A DNA stretch of 64,000 nucleotides from Pseudomonadota bacterium (GTDB lineage: Bacteria; Bdellovibrionota; FAC87; UBA2466): the NCBI GenBank assembly GCA_043718025.1, contig JAYSWN010000188.1, forward strand, positions 1 to 64,000, read 5' to 3'. The translations under genes were made by a program, and so were the position numbers. Shown in pieces: positions 50,978-62,130 of this stretch (its first letter is position 1; each line of letters opens with the position of its first letter). The notes beneath the pieces were generated by a model. That model saw only the letters and a list, made by a program, of their open reading frames with translations, ran no database searches and was not told the DNA's origin.

Positions 50978-52009
50978 TTTTCCGCCCGCGGCTTTTTTAA
51001 AAGCATCGGGCATGCAAGGATCGAAACCTTCGGGAAGAACAAATGGCGCGCGGCTTGAAAAATTGGTAACGAAAGACTGAAAAACTTTGGGATCAAATTT
51101 TCCGGGCTGCATGCGAAACATTTTCTCCATTGCCCCCTCCGCGTCCAGAGCCTGGTGATAAGAACGGTCGGTGGTGAGCGCATCAAACACATCGGCAATT
51201 GCCACGATGCGAGCTAAAAGAGAAATATCTTCGCCGTGCCGGCCATCGGGATACCCTTTGCCGTCAAAGTTTTCGTGATGTTCGTAAACTACTCGCAACA
51301 CTTCCGAACCAACGTTAACGCCTTGAAGCGCGTTACGGCCGTATTCAGGATGACGCTTCACCTCGGACCACTCTTGCTTAGTGAGCGGCCCGGGTTTGTT
51401 AATTACGTTCCACGCTAAATTTCTTTTTCCTAGGTCATGGAGCAGACCGCCAAGACCGGCTTGAACTAAAATAGCTTTGTCGTCGCCGAACACCCGTCGC
51501 GCAAACGCGATGGCGTAGATAGCCACGTTTACCGAATGGTTAAACGTATAAAAATCGTGATTCACCAGTGCCATCAATTTTTGAACGGTCCCTAAATCTG
51601 AGGTCACCCGATCTACCATCGCCGCAACCAAATCTTTCGCCATTTCGATGCCAGGAGAAATATCCGGACGAAGAAACAGCTCACTAACGTGAAGCAAGGT
51701 GGTCTGCTTAATGAAATGGCCCCATTCCGTTTCTGCTGCGACACGAATGAGGCTGCACTCTTTCAGATACAAAAGGTAGTAGGGGCGGTGCTCTTCGGGG
51801 ACCCAAAAACGGGTAATTCCGTGCCGCGAAAGCGCTTCGATACGGTGAGTAGAAATGCTCTCTCCCCGTGTCTTAAAAATCACGTCACGGCCTGCCACCT
51901 TGAGAAACAGATCCACCGGAAGCGGTTGATCGGGCAGTAGTGAGCTCAAGTGAATTGCGAACAAATCCACGACAACCTCATGTGATCGGAGCTTGAGGGC
52001 GCCAACCAT
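50975..52009 (-). CDS. HD-GYP domain cyclic dinucleotide phosphodiesterase
   Basis: YTFNHSVNVA, LLHDLGK, HHENFDGKGYP, ADVFDALTTDRSY. Confidence 0.92.
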   Translation of the reverse strand: MVGALKLRSHEVVVDLFAIHLSSLLPDQPLPVDLFLKVAGRDVIFKTRGESISTHRIEALSRHGITRFWVPEEHRPYYLLYLKECSLIRVAAETEWGHFIKQTTLLHVSELFLRPDISPGIEMAKDLVAAMVDRVTSDLGTVQKLMALVNHDFYTFNHSVNVAIYAIAFARRVFGDDKAILVQAGLGGLLHDLGKRNLAWNVINKPGPLTKQEWSEVKRHPEYGRNALQGVNVGSEVLRVVYEHHENFDGKGYPDGRHGEDISLLARIVAIADVFDALTTDRSYHQALDAEGAMEKMFRMQPGKFDPKVFQSFVTNFSSRAPFVLPEGFDPCMPDAFKKAAGGK

Positions 52010-52077
52010 GACGCACGTCCCCGCACTAAGCTTATCGGCTACGCGTTAGATGCCTTTAGTCATTTTTATTAGCCGCG

Positions 52078-53730
52078 TTAAATATCGAGAATCAAAGGCA
52101 TTACCACCGGCTTATGGCTAACCCTTTTTCTAAAAAAGCGGCGCACTTCAACCCGCAAAGCCTCAAGCGGATCTTGGGCCGCGATGATCTCTTCGTACAG
52201 ATCTTCAATCCAGTCTTTAGCCCGTTCCACAGTCTCTTTTTCTTCTTCGCCTTCGCGGTATAGCAAGCCGTAGGGCATGATCGACGGTCGGCAAAGTAAA
52301 TCTTTGGTGCGCTTGTCACGAAGCAGACTGGCAAAAACCAAACCCGTTTTGGCCAGCTGAACTCGCTTTGAAAATTGGGCCGTCGAGCTTTCCATCGAAA
52401 ACCGATCGACCACTACGCCCTTTTCGAGCTCGTGTTTTTCGCCCAACCGAACGCCGTCGACTCCCACTTCAATTGACTGGCCGTTTTCGATAATAAAAAT
52501 ATTCTCTGGCTTTACACCAGATTGCCGAGCCAACTTAGAGTGCTTAGAGAGGTGCCGGTACTCACCATGTAAAGGAACAAAATACTTCGGTTTACACGCG
52601 TTCAGCATCATTAACAGCTCATCTTGATAGGCGTGACCTGAAACGTGAATAGTGTGATGCGATTCGTACACCACCTCCGCACCCTGCCGGTAAAGCTGGT
52701 CAATTAAGGAGGTAATGTTTCGCTCGTTACCCGGAATGAAACGACTCGAAAAATAGATCGTGTCGTTGTCCCGAATCGATAGATCCTTGTGATCTTCATT
52801 GGCAATCCGCACTAACGCTGACTGTGGTTCGGCTTGGCTACCGGTTAGCAAGATGATCACTTTATCGTCTGTAACTTCGCCGATTCTCTCGACCAATACC
52901 AAAGTATCCGGCGGAATTTTTAACGTGCCCTGCTCGTGCGCCAACCGCGAGTAGGTGTGCATACTGCGCCCCACCAGGGCCACTTTTTTTCCAAGTTTGT
53001 GGGCAAGGTGCAAAAAGCTTTCGATGCGGCGGATGTTCGAGGCAAACAACGCAATTAAAATACGCCCCGTCTGTTTCGAAAAAATGTCTTCGAACGTAGC
53101 GGTAATTTCTAGCTCAGAAATGGTGTGGCCCAAGCGCTCCGCATTGGTGCTATCCGACATCAAAAGCTTTATGCCCTGATTGCCCCATCTTTCAAATTCA
53201 TCGAAAGAGAAAGAGTCGCCACCAATTTCCTGCGTTTCGTGCTTAAAATCGCCGGTGTGAACCACCACCCCCACCGGAGTTTCAATGGCGAAAGCGTGAC
53301 TCTCAATAATGGAATGCATCACCGGAATGGGATGAAACGTAAATGGCCCTACCACAAAGCTTTCGTTGGGTTTGTACTCAACAAACGTCACTTCTTTAGC
53401 GGCGGGATGTTCAACTAACTTGTTGTTGAGCAACCCACGCGGAAACGGGGGCGTATAAACCGTAACCGGCATGTGCTCAGCCAGGTAAGGAATAGCGCCG
53501 ATGTGATCGTCATGACCGTGGGTTACCACCACTCCGACCAATTTCTTTTTGCGCTCGATGATGTAGCGCAAGTCAGGAATCAGCATCTCGGCGCCGGGAT
53601 AACTTGGCCCCGGAAACTGAACGCCACAGTCGATGAGTACGATTGAGTCTTCCCATTCGAAAGACAGGCAGTTCATTCCAATTTCACCCAAACCGCCTAG
53701 GGGAAGCACTTTCAGCATTTTTTCTGGCAT
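52078..53730 (-). CDS. rnj: Ribonuclease J
   Basis: PLGGLGEIGMN, THGHDDHIG, HTGDFK, SDSTNA, TGSQAEP, HVSGHA, PLHGE. Confidence 0.96.
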   Translation of the reverse strand: MPEKMLKVLPLGGLGEIGMNCLSFEWEDSIVLIDCGVQFPGPSYPGAEMLIPDLRYIIERKKKLVGVVVTHGHDDHIGAIPYLAEHMPVTVYTPPFPRGLLNNKLVEHPAAKEVTFVEYKPNESFVVGPFTFHPIPVMHSIIESHAFAIETPVGVVVHTGDFKHETQEIGGDSFSFDEFERWGNQGIKLLMSDSTNAERLGHTISELEITATFEDIFSKQTGRILIALFASNIRRIESFLHLAHKLGKKVALVGRSMHTYSRLAHEQGTLKIPPDTLVLVERIGEVTDDKVIILLTGSQAEPQSALVRIANEDHKDLSIRDNDTIYFSSRFIPGNERNITSLIDQLYRQGAEVVYESHHTIHVSGHAYQDELLMMLNACKPKYFVPLHGEYRHLSKHSKLARQSGVKPENIFIIENGQSIEVGVDGVRLGEKHELEKGVVVDRFSMESSTAQFSKRVQLAKTGLVFASLLRDKRTKDLLCRPSIMPYGLLYREGEEEKETVERAKDWIEDLYEEIIAAQDPLEALRVEVRRFFRKRVSHKPVVMPLILDI

Positions 53731-53950
53731 CGCGGCTATTTAACCCCACCCCGCCACCTTAGGGAAGCATCAAGTCATAGAGTAGTGTAGTGGCACGGCT
53801 CGTCACCGTGAACGGCAGGCCAACCAGCCAATGCGGACGCCGAACCTTTTTTAACGCCTCACGCCAAACTGAACTCCTCAATTGTGTGATTTTCGCTAAA
53901 CCCGCTACACAAAAGCTCCGATAAGCAGAGGAGTAGAAAAGGGGCAATCC

Positions 53951-55435
53951 ATGAGATTCCGAGAATTTCTCCTACCTTTGGTCACCGGCCTTGCGATTTT
54001 TAGCATGAGTGTTTTCATTTCATGCGCGAGCAAAAGCCGAATCGATGAAGATGGAAATGAGATTGAAGAGACATCGGTAAGCGAATCTGGTGAAGACTCT
54101 GGCTCGACCGCCCCGCCGACAAAAGGCGAAGATAATCTTGGCGAACTGCCTCCCTCGAATGAAAAAATTGCCGCAATCACCCCTCCTCCTCCTGCGGCAG
54201 AACCCACTCTATCCGCGGACGCATTGCCTCCCGCCGATCAAGTACCGCCTCCTGGTGGTGACCTTGCGAACCTGCCGCCCGAAACTGCGCCTCCGCCAGC
54301 CGACAGCTTGCCGGCCGATAGCCTGCCTGCCGACGGCTTGCCAACCGACAGCTTACCGCCCGATTCGGCTCCGACGGGAAAGATTGCCGCGGCGGCTCCT
54401 CCCACAGAGGCTGGTTTGCCTCCGGCTAGCGATTTGCCTCCGGCGGGCGATTTACCTCCCGTCACTGACTTGCCAGCGGTCGCCGCAACCGACATTCCTC
54501 CGGTTATTGGTGAAGCGCCAATCGACGGAGAGCCAAAGCCTCGCGCCGCCGTAGGCGGCGGCAGCAGCGTGCCCAAGATTCCGGCAAATGCCGTCACTCG
54601 GGCCGGCACGCCATTAAATCGTTTTTATTTTTTGCGTAAAGGCGACACCAAAAGTTCAGTCGCCGAAATGATTTACGGAGACAGCTCAAAAGCGAAAGAG
54701 CTGAGCAAATGGAATAAGGGCGGTTTCAATACCGGCCGCTTGGTCTTCTACCAATCGCCAGTCCAACCCGATGATAAAGAAATGAAGCCTTTTTATCAGG
54801 AAAAATCCATCGCCCCCGTCGACTACACGGTGCAAAAGGGCGACTGGCTCTCGAACATCGCCGCTAAGAAATTGGGGAGTGGTGCCAGCTGGAAAGAGAT
54901 TGCGGTTTTAAATGGTATTGAAAGCCCGAGCGCTTTAGAAGTTGGCCAGAAGTATTCAATTTACCCCCTTCAAGGCAACTCCCAGTCGATGGCCGCTAAC
55001 GAGGCTCCGCCTGCGCCGGCTCCCGACGCTGAACCGATTAAAAAATCTGGCAAAAAGAAGCGCGGTAAAAAGACCGCCGTGGCTGAAAACGAACCCAGTA
55101 ACCCGAACTTCAAATCGGCAGACGCTCCGATCCCGACACCTGGAGCGTCTGATGCCCCGTTGATTCAGGCCGAAGGCACTCCGCAAGCCGCCGCGCCCGT
55201 GCCGCTTCCGACTGAATCGGTACCGGCCGTCGAAACTTTCAAAAAGAAAAAGAAAGCAGGCGGTTTCGACTTACTTCGCCTCATTGAACAGAACCTTTTC
55301 TTCCTTATCTTGGGGTTGGGCGTGGTGGTCTTGGTAACCGCCCTTTTCTTTGTAAACAAGCGCCGCAAGGCCAAGGCTGCCGAGGCTGAGTTTGGTGACG
55401 ACGCCTTTGCAAGCCCCAAAGCTAAACGCCGCTGA
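53951..55435 (+). CDS. LysM-domain protein with lipoprotein signal, Pro-rich repeats and C-terminal TM helix
   Basis: FISC lipobox-like; PADSL and LPPxxD repeats; YTVQKGDWLSNIA...WKEIA..N...LEVGQ LysM plus a degenerate LysM upstream; TM then KRRK. Confidence 0.82.
   Translation: MRFREFLLPLVTGLAIFSMSVFISCASKSRIDEDGNEIEETSVSESGEDSGSTAPPTKGEDNLGELPPSNEKIAAITPPPPAAEPTLSADALPPADQVPPPGGDLANLPPETAPPPADSLPADSLPADGLPTDSLPPDSAPTGKIAAAAPPTEAGLPPASDLPPAGDLPPVTDLPAVAATDIPPVIGEAPIDGEPKPRAAVGGGSSVPKIPANAVTRAGTPLNRFYFLRKGDTKSSVAEMIYGDSSKAKELSKWNKGGFNTGRLVFYQSPVQPDDKEMKPFYQEKSIAPVDYTVQKGDWLSNIAAKKLGSGASWKEIAVLNGIESPSALEVGQKYSIYPLQGNSQSMAANEAPPAPAPDAEPIKKSGKKKRGKKTAVAENEPSNPNFKSADAPIPTPGASDAPLIQAEGTPQAAAPVPLPTESVPAVETFKKKKKAGGFDLLRLIEQNLFFLILGLGVVVLVTALFFVNKRRKAKAAEAEFGDDAFASPKAKRR
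54296..54477 (+). repeat. In-frame 15-bp (PADSL-type x5) and 18-bp (LPPxxD x3) tandem repeats
   Basis: CCAGCCGACAGCTTG CCGGCCGATAGCCTG CCTGCCGACGGCTTG CCAACCGACAGCTTA...; TTGCCTCCGGCTAGCGAT TTGCCTCCGGCGGGCGAT TTACCTCCCGTCACTGAC. Confidence 0.8.
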
Positions 55436-55458
55436 CCTGAGGCACCGCATTTTTCTCT

Positions 55459-55509
55459 GGCCCCCTGCTTTCCCGCTTAAAACCGGGTTAAATCAGGGGG
55501 CCTTTTTTT
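55459..55509 (+). terminator. Rho-independent terminator
   Basis: GGCCCCCTG...CAGGGGGCC followed by T7. Confidence 0.65.
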
Positions 55510-55626
55510 AGGCGCTTGCAGCAGAACCGTCGGCCGGAACCCGTTTATCCAAGCCTTCTCGACAATTGACAATGGTGCCAGGCCAAAGCAATTTAGGCGT
55601 TTTCTCAAAGACCGAGGCACTCATAA

Positions 55627-56802
55627 ATGAACCTACGTAACTGCCTTTTTACTTCCGAATCAGTCACCGAAGGCCATCCGGATAAGATGGCCGATCAGAT
55701 TTCGGACGCCGTGTTAGACGCCATTTTAGCCCAAGATCCACGCGGTCGTGTCGCCTGCGAAACCATGCTGACCACCGGACTGGTAATCGTCAGTGGGGAA
55801 ATCACCACAAACGCAATCGTAGATTTTCAAGATATCGTACGAAACACCGTCAAAAAGATCGGTTTCACTTCGAGCGACCTTGGTTTTGATTACAAGACCT
55901 GCTCGGTAGTCACCGCGATTGGCCGCCAGTCGGCCGACATTTCTCAGGGTGTGACCGAAGGCGAAGGGTTGTTCAAAGAGCAAGGCGCCGGCGATCAAGG
56001 CTTGATGTTCGGTTATGCTTGCGATGAAACGCCCGAGTTCATGCCAGCCACCATCGCGTTCTCGCACCGGCTAACTCGACGGTTGGCCGAAGTTCGTAAA
56101 GAAGGCGTGTTAGATTTCTTGCGGCCCGATGGCAAAGCTCAGGTGACGGTTCAGTACGACGCCAATGGCGCCGTGAAACGCGTTGAAGCAGTTGTGGTTT
56201 CAACACAGCATAACCCTGACGTCAGCCACGAAAAGCTCGTAGCCTCGGTTCAAGAAGAGGTGATTGCTAAATCGATTCCGGCGAAGCTCATCGATTCTAA
56301 AACCAAGTTTTTTGTAAATCCCACCGGTCGTTTTGTAGTGGGTGGTCCGATGGGCGACTGCGGTCTGACTGGCCGTAAAATTATTGTCGACACGTATGGC
56401 GGCCATGGGGCCCACGGTGGCGGGGCTTTCTCCGGAAAAGATCCGTCTAAGGTAGATCGCTCGGCCAGCTACATGGGCCGCTACATTGCCAAAAATATTG
56501 TGGCCGCAGGACTCGCCAAACGTTGTTTGGTTCAATTGGCTTACGCCATTGGTGTCGCCGAGCCGGTATCATTGATGGTGGATGATTTTGGCACCGGCAC
56601 GATGTCGGCCGAAAAACTGAGCGGAGCAGTTCGCGAAATTTTCGGCGTTAAGCCGGCCGACATTATTAAACGGCTGGATCTACTTCGGCCCATTTACGAA
56701 GAGACTGCCGCCTATGGACACTTTGGCCGTAACTCCGCAAAAGGTTTTACGTGGGAGAAGACAGATCGCGTGGACGATTTGAAAGCTCTGCTAAAGCATT
56801 AG
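55627..56802 (+). CDS. metK: S-adenosylmethionine synthetase
   Basis: [55 protein letters not shown]. Confidence 0.99.
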   Translation: MNLRNCLFTSESVTEGHPDKMADQISDAVLDAILAQDPRGRVACETMLTTGLVIVSGEITTNAIVDFQDIVRNTVKKIGFTSSDLGFDYKTCSVVTAIGRQSADISQGVTEGEGLFKEQGAGDQGLMFGYACDETPEFMPATIAFSHRLTRRLAEVRKEGVLDFLRPDGKAQVTVQYDANGAVKRVEAVVVSTQHNPDVSHEKLVASVQEEVIAKSIPAKLIDSKTKFFVNPTGRFVVGGPMGDCGLTGRKIIVDTYGGHGAHGGGAFSGKDPSKVDRSASYMGRYIAKNIVAAGLAKRCLVQLAYAIGVAEPVSLMVDDFGTGTMSAEKLSGAVREIFGVKPADIIKRLDLLRPIYEETAAYGHFGRNSAKGFTWEKTDRVDDLKALLKH

Positions 56803-56814
56803 TCCCGCACGAAT

Positions 56815-57021
56815 TTAGGTATCAAACGGGCCGTTCCTCTTTGCCTCTTCCGCAGTGGCCCCCGCTTCAACGTAGGCTGGAGCGTTGTGCGGAATTGCCG
56901 CCTCTTCAATTTCCATCTCTAGATCGATGAGTAGCTCATCGCATCGAAAACAGAGCTGGCGATGGCCCAGGAAAAACAACGACTTTTCATTTGTGCAAAT
57001 AGAACAGTTTGCTTTCGTCAT
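56815..57021 (-). CDS. Small putative zinc-binding protein
   Basis: CSIC...CFRC (two CxxC), acidic tail; GGGGG RBS-like before ATG 57021. Confidence 0.55.
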   Translation of the reverse strand: MTKANCSICTNEKSLFFLGHRQLCFRCDELLIDLEMEIEEAAIPHNAPAYVEAGATAEEAKRNGPFDT

Positions 57022-57256
57022 ACGTACCCCCAAAAACTACATGCGGAGCGGCACCTAAAACCAACCTATGTCCTGCGGTTCGAGCTGCTTATAAGTTAGG
57101 CGACTGAGTAAGAAGGATTCGGGTGACAACTTTATTGTGAGACATTTTACGCGCCGTATCAATAGGGAACCGGCAGCATACGGTGTATACAGCGCGAATA
57201 CAGTGAGGTTGCTCACCAAATACGTCGATATGCTGATGATTCTAACCCTCTCGGCA

Positions 57257-57288
57257 AAAAAAAAGGCACCCTAGTGGGGCGCCTTTTT
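57257..57288 (-). terminator. Rho-independent terminator after lon
   Basis: A9-GGCACCC-TAGT-GGGGCGCC-T5 on plus strand. Confidence 0.75.
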
Positions 57289-57311
57289 CTCAATGGGTAG
57301 CTCGAAAATAA

Positions 57312-59735
57312 CTAGTGCGTCGCGGGCAATGGCTTATCGGTAATTACGTCGGCCACAATCCCCGGTTCAACCACCGGCACTACCTCGCCAGGCTTTACAA
57401 AGATTTCGTCCGCGACCAACGCTTCGCGCAGCACTTGATCCATGTGACTTACCGCCGTTACTTTTACAACCTTGAGAATATTTTTGGGAATATCTCGTAG
57501 GTCCTTTAAGTTGTCCTTCGGTATTAGCACGTGGGTAATGCCGCCGCGGTAAGCGGCAAACAGTTTTTCCTTTAGCCCGCCAATGGGAAGCGCGTTTCCG
57601 CGAAGGGTAATTTCACCCGTCATCGCCACATCTTTACTCACTGGCTTTCCCGTCAACGCGCTTACTAGTGCGGTTGCCATGGTGATACCGGCGGAAGGGC
57701 CGTCTTTAGGAATAGCCCCTTCGGGGACGTGAATGTGGATGTCGATTTTCTGGTAAAAGTCGGGAGCCAATCCCAGCAAACTGGCACGTGACCGCACGTA
57801 GCTCATTGCGGCCTGTGCCGATTCTTGCATCACATCACCAAGTTTTCCGGTGACGGTAAGTTTCCCCTTACCGGGCACATGAATCACTTCGATGCTTAGC
57901 ATGTCGCCACCCGTTTCGGTGTACGCCAAACCATTTGCCAATCCGACCTCAGAACTTGCCTCGCGCTGCTGGTACCGATAGCGATGCGGCCCAAGCAAGA
58001 CTTGAAGCTTCTTTGGTGAGATGACTGCTCTGGATTTCTTATCGGTTTTACGGGCAAATTTGCGAGCCGTCTTACGGCAAACCGCGGCAATTTCCCGTTC
58101 CAAATTACGAACCCCGGCTTCGCGCGTGTAGTGGCGAATCAGGCTTTCTAGGGTTGGAATGCCTATCTCAATTTTCTTTTCATTGAGACCGTGACGCTCT
58201 ACCTGCTTGGGAACCAAGTGGCGCACCGCGATCTGCACCTTTTCTTCTTCGGTGTAGCCGCTCAGGTGTATCACCTCTAAACGGTCTAACAACGCCCATG
58301 GAATGGTGTGTTGAGAATTAGCCGTTGTGATAAACATCGCGTGCGAAAGATCGTATTCGACCTCAAGGTAGTGATCTGAAAAATATTTATTTTGCTCCGG
58401 GTCCAACACTTCGAGCAGAGCCGCGCTTGGATCACCACGGAAGTCGTTGCTCATCTTATCGATTTCATCGAGCAAAATCACCGGGTTTACCGTCTCGGCC
58501 TTTTTCATGCCCTGAATCAACTTGCCAGGAAGTGCGCCAATATAGGTACGGCGATGACCACGAATCTCCGCTTCGTCCCGCACTCCACCGAGCGAAATCT
58601 TTACAAAATTGCGGTTGATGCTGCGAGCAATCGAGCGCGCCAACGAAGTTTTACCGACGCCGGGAGGGCCAACCAAACAGAGAATGGGCCCTTGCGAACG
58701 CTGCACCAAGCTTTGAACAGCTAGGTGTTCGAGAATCCGCTCTTTTACCAACTGTAAGCCGAAATGATCGGTATCGAGCACTTTCTCTGCAGCATCCACA
58801 TCAATGCGCTCTTCGTTTCTCTCTGACCAAGGCAGGCTTACCATCCAATCAAGGTAGTTACGCACTACGGTGGCTTCAGCTGACATCGGCGACATCATCT
58901 TGAGCTTCTTAAGCTCGGTGCGGGCTTTTTTGGCGGCCTCTTCGGGCATCCGCTTTCGCTTGATGGCTTTTTCGATTTCAAATAGCTCGTTCTTGAACTC
59001 GTCACGTTCGCCGAGCTCTTTCTGAATCGCCGACATCTGCTCGTTTAGGTAATACTCCTTCTGCGAGCGTTCCATCTGTTTCTTTACGCGGCTGCGAATC
59101 TTTTTTTCAACCTGAAGAATTTCAATTTCGCCTTCAAGCAGGCCCACCAAACGCTCTAAACGTATGCAAGCGTCAGTGAGTTCAAGAAGCTTTTGTTTCT
59201 CTTCAACCTTGATATTGAGATGCGGCACAATTGTGTCAGAAAGTTTAGCCGGATCTTCGATGGCCAACACCGACATCAAGAGTTCAGGTGGAATTCTTTT
59301 ATTTAGCTTAACGTAAGATTCAAACGTGGTTTTGATGCTGCGGTTATAGGCCGAGGCTTCCACTTCCGAGCGCACGGTCTCTTCCAAAGGTTCGCCTTCG
59401 ACGCGAAAGATGCTGTCCTTTTCAAGGTAGTTCACGATGCGCACTCGCTGCACACCTTCAACTAAAACTTTCAGCGTACCGTCCGGTAGTCGGAGTAGCT
59501 GAATTATATTGGCCAGCGTGCCAATCGAAAAAATGTCTTTTTCTTCGGGATTATTGTTCTGCGCTTTCTTTTGCGCAGACAAAATAATCTGCTTCCGGTT
59601 TCCCATCGCCTCTTCCAGCGCGCGAATGGATTTCTCACGGCCCACGAATAGGGGCACCACCATGTGCGGAAACACAATGATGTCACGGAGGGGCAGCAGA
59701 CAGTACGACTGGGGCTCTACGGACTTCTTCGTCAT
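57312..59735 (-). CDS. lon: ATP-dependent protease La
   Basis: [34 protein letters not shown] (Ser), IGGLKEK (Lys); start reset to ATG 59735 after AAGGAG. Confidence 0.98.
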   Translation of the reverse strand: MTKKSVEPQSYCLLPLRDIIVFPHMVVPLFVGREKSIRALEEAMGNRKQIILSAQKKAQNNNPEEKDIFSIGTLANIIQLLRLPDGTLKVLVEGVQRVRIVNYLEKDSIFRVEGEPLEETVRSEVEASAYNRSIKTTFESYVKLNKRIPPELLMSVLAIEDPAKLSDTIVPHLNIKVEEKQKLLELTDACIRLERLVGLLEGEIEILQVEKKIRSRVKKQMERSQKEYYLNEQMSAIQKELGERDEFKNELFEIEKAIKRKRMPEEAAKKARTELKKLKMMSPMSAEATVVRNYLDWMVSLPWSERNEERIDVDAAEKVLDTDHFGLQLVKERILEHLAVQSLVQRSQGPILCLVGPPGVGKTSLARSIARSINRNFVKISLGGVRDEAEIRGHRRTYIGALPGKLIQGMKKAETVNPVILLDEIDKMSNDFRGDPSAALLEVLDPEQNKYFSDHYLEVEYDLSHAMFITTANSQHTIPWALLDRLEVIHLSGYTEEEKVQIAVRHLVPKQVERHGLNEKKIEIGIPTLESLIRHYTREAGVRNLEREIAAVCRKTARKFARKTDKKSRAVISPKKLQVLLGPHRYRYQQREASSEVGLANGLAYTETGGDMLSIEVIHVPGKGKLTVTGKLGDVMQESAQAAMSYVRSRASLLGLAPDFYQKIDIHIHVPEGAIPKDGPSAGITMATALVSALTGKPVSKDVAMTGEITLRGNALPIGGLKEKLFAAYRGGITHVLIPKDNLKDLRDIPKNILKVVKVTAVSHMDQVLREALVADEIFVKPGEVVPVVEPGIVADVITDKPLPATH

Positions 59736-59928
59736 TGCAAGGCTCCTTGAGGTGGGTGGGGCCAACGTCCAACGAACAGACCATCTTCATTATAACTACT
59801 TTCCAAATATTAATCACACGAAGTGAGCGCGCGAAGCGTCGAATGTTAACGCGCAGGGTTTGACTTCGGACGCGCGATCAAAACGAGCAGCGATTGGCTT
59901 CTCTGAATTGGTAGTGCCTTAGCCAAAT

Positions 59929-59959
59929 AAAAAGGGCGCTCCCTCCGGAGCGCCCTTTT
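59929..59959 (-). terminator. Rho-independent terminator after clpX
   Basis: AAAAAGGGCGCTCC-CTCC-GGAGCGCCCTTTT. Confidence 0.8.
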
Positions 59960-59985
59960 CAAAGAAAGCTTACTGACTAAAGCTA

Positions 59986-61302
59986 CTAAGCGTTTTCCGC
60001 CTTTTTAGTGTAGCCCGGAGGAGTAGCGGCCGCGGCGGCCTCTTCGGTAGCCGCACCAAACACCAACTCTGGCTTGCCCTTCTTATTAATTACATCCTCA
60101 TTGATGATGCACTCTTTGAGGTTAGGAATTGATGGCAGCTCATACATGATGTCTAACATTGAATTTTCGAGAATCGACCGCAAACCGCGGGCACCGGTCT
60201 TAGACCGAAGTGCGTCACGCGCCACGGCGTTCAAAGCCGCTTCGGTGAAGGTCAACTTAACATTCTCGTACTCAAACAGCTTTTGGTACTGCTTCATGAT
60301 CGCATTTTTGGGCTCGGTGAGAATCTTGATAAGAGACTTCTCATCCAGCTCATCTAAGGTTGCGATTACCGGCAAACGACCAATGAATTCCGGAATCATG
60401 CCGAAACGCAAAAGATCTTCAGGCTGTACGCGATGAAGCGGATTTTCTTTCTTTTTATCGGTAGCCGTTTTCACGTCCGCGCCAATACCCATGCTGCGTT
60501 TTTGTCCACGAGCCTCCACAATTTTATCCAAGCCGACGAAAGCGCCGCCGCAGATAAAAAGAATGTTCGTAGTATCCACCTGCAAAAACTCTTGCTGCGG
60601 ATGCTTACGGCCACCTTTAGGGGGAACGTTGGCACGGGTGCCTTCAAATATTTTTAAAAGCGCCTGCTGTACGCCTTCACCCGAAACGTCTCGGGTAATC
60701 GAAGGGTTTTCCCCTTTACGTGCAATCTTGTCGATTTCGTCGATGTAGACGATACCCTTTTGCGTTTTCTCAATGTCGTAGTCGGCGTTTTGCAGCAAGT
60801 AGAGGATGATATTTTCCACATCCTCGCCCACGTAACCGGCTTCGGTCAGCGTGGTGGCGTCTACGATAGTAAACGGCACTTTCAGCACCCGCGCCAGGGT
60901 TTGCGCAAGCAGCGTTTTTCCGCTACCCGTTGGGCCAACCAAAAGAATGTTGCTCTTCTGCAGCTCAACTTCTTTGGTTTCGCTGGCACCCGGCAAGCGG
61001 CCGCCGCCAATTCGTTTGTAATGATTATGAACGGCAACGGACAAAGTTTTTTTGGCTCTGTCTTGGCCAATTACAAAATCATCTAAAACGATTTTGATTT
61101 CTGTGGGCTTGGGGATCTTCGTAGTTCCCGTCTTTACATCCTCTTTTTCCGCCTCTTCCGCGATGATGTCGTTGCACAGTTCAATGCACTCATCGCAAAT
61201 GTGGACGGTTGGGCCAGCGATCAGTTTTTTCACTTCTCGTTGGCTTTTTCCACAGAAGCTGCAGACCAGATTTCCGAAACTATCGCTATCTCTCCGGCTC
61301 AT
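59986..61302 (-). CDS. clpX: ATP-dependent Clp protease ATP-binding subunit
   Basis: CSFCGK...ICDEC zinc finger, [31 protein letters not shown]. Confidence 0.99.
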   Translation of the reverse strand: MSRRDSDSFGNLVCSFCGKSQREVKKLIAGPTVHICDECIELCNDIIAEEAEKEDVKTGTTKIPKPTEIKIVLDDFVIGQDRAKKTLSVAVHNHYKRIGGGRLPGASETKEVELQKSNILLVGPTGSGKTLLAQTLARVLKVPFTIVDATTLTEAGYVGEDVENIILYLLQNADYDIEKTQKGIVYIDEIDKIARKGENPSITRDVSGEGVQQALLKIFEGTRANVPPKGGRKHPQQEFLQVDTTNILFICGGAFVGLDKIVEARGQKRSMGIGADVKTATDKKKENPLHRVQPEDLLRFGMIPEFIGRLPVIATLDELDEKSLIKILTEPKNAIMKQYQKLFEYENVKLTFTEAALNAVARDALRSKTGARGLRSILENSMLDIMYELPSIPNLKECIINEDVINKKGKPELVFGAATEEAAAAATPPGYTKKAENA

Positions 61303-61335
61303 GGGAGCCCGCCTTTCTAATAGATGTCTTCTCTA

Positions 61336-61968
61336 TCAACCTTTTTCCTTGTCAGCTTTCTTTCCCCGCTCCGTAATCACGTGATCAACGAGGCCATAAA
61401 TTTTGGCCTCTTCAGAAGACATGTAGCGATCTCGGTCGGTGTCGCTTTCAACTTTGGCGAACGCCTGACCCGTATGCCTAACCAAAATGTGATTCAACTT
61501 TTCACGTAACAATAAAATCTGCCGGGCCTGAATCTGAATGTCAGACGCTTGCCCCTGAGCCCCACCCAATGGTTGGTGGATCATGATCTGAGAATGCGGA
61601 AGTGAGTAACGCTTACCCTTGGTACCCGCGGTAAGCAGCAAAGCGCCCATGCTGGCGGCAAGGCCAGTGCAGTAAGTGCAAATATCGGGTTTTACGTACT
61701 GCATCATGTCGTAAATTCCTAAACCGGCAGAAACACTTCCGCCCGGGGAATTAATGTAGAGATGAATATCAGCTTCTGGATCTTCAGATTCTAAAAAGAG
61801 CAATTGCGCCACGATTAGGTTAGCGATGGCGTCGTCCACCTGAGAACCCAAAAAGATAATGCGCTCTTTTAAAAGGCGCGAATAGATATCGTAGCTGCGC
61901 TCGCCACGAGCCGTCTGTTCAACGACCATCGGAACTAAGTAATTCTGCACATCAAGCGGATTCTTCAA
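61336..61968 (-). CDS. clpP: ATP-dependent Clp protease proteolytic subunit
   Basis: [38 protein letters not shown]; start reset to TTG 61968 after GGAGG. Confidence 0.98.
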   Translation of the reverse strand: MKNPLDVQNYLVPMVVEQTARGERSYDIYSRLLKERIIFLGSQVDDAIANLIVAQLLFLESEDPEADIHLYINSPGGSVSAGLGIYDMMQYVKPDICTYCTGLAASMGALLLTAGTKGKRYSLPHSQIMIHQPLGGAQGQASDIQIQARQILLLREKLNHILVRHTGQAFAKVESDTDRDRYMSSEEAKIYGLVDHVITERGKKADKEKG

Positions 61969-62130
61969 CGGAGTGCCTCCAAAGTAGTATCGGGTGGCTA
62001 CGAACAGTGGCGGGACGTAAGTCGGCCACTTGCGCAACCTCCCACGTCCTATTTAACTCAACTTAAGGCATTAATACAAGCAGCCGCGCCCCATTTAACC
62101 GTAAGCGATATATTGGAAATTATGGATTTT

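Noticed and set aside
45547..52009. Integrative island at tRNA-Val
   Set aside because: No integrase, and I found no duplicated tRNA 3' end downstream
54296..54477. CRISPR-like or mobile repeat array
   Set aside because: Repeats are in-frame, degenerate at third codon positions and lack spacers; no cas genes
55440..55626. SAM riboswitch upstream of metK
   Set aside because: The region is occupied by a terminator and a TTGACA-17-CAATTT promoter-like site about 30 bp before the ATG; no riboswitch consensus recognised
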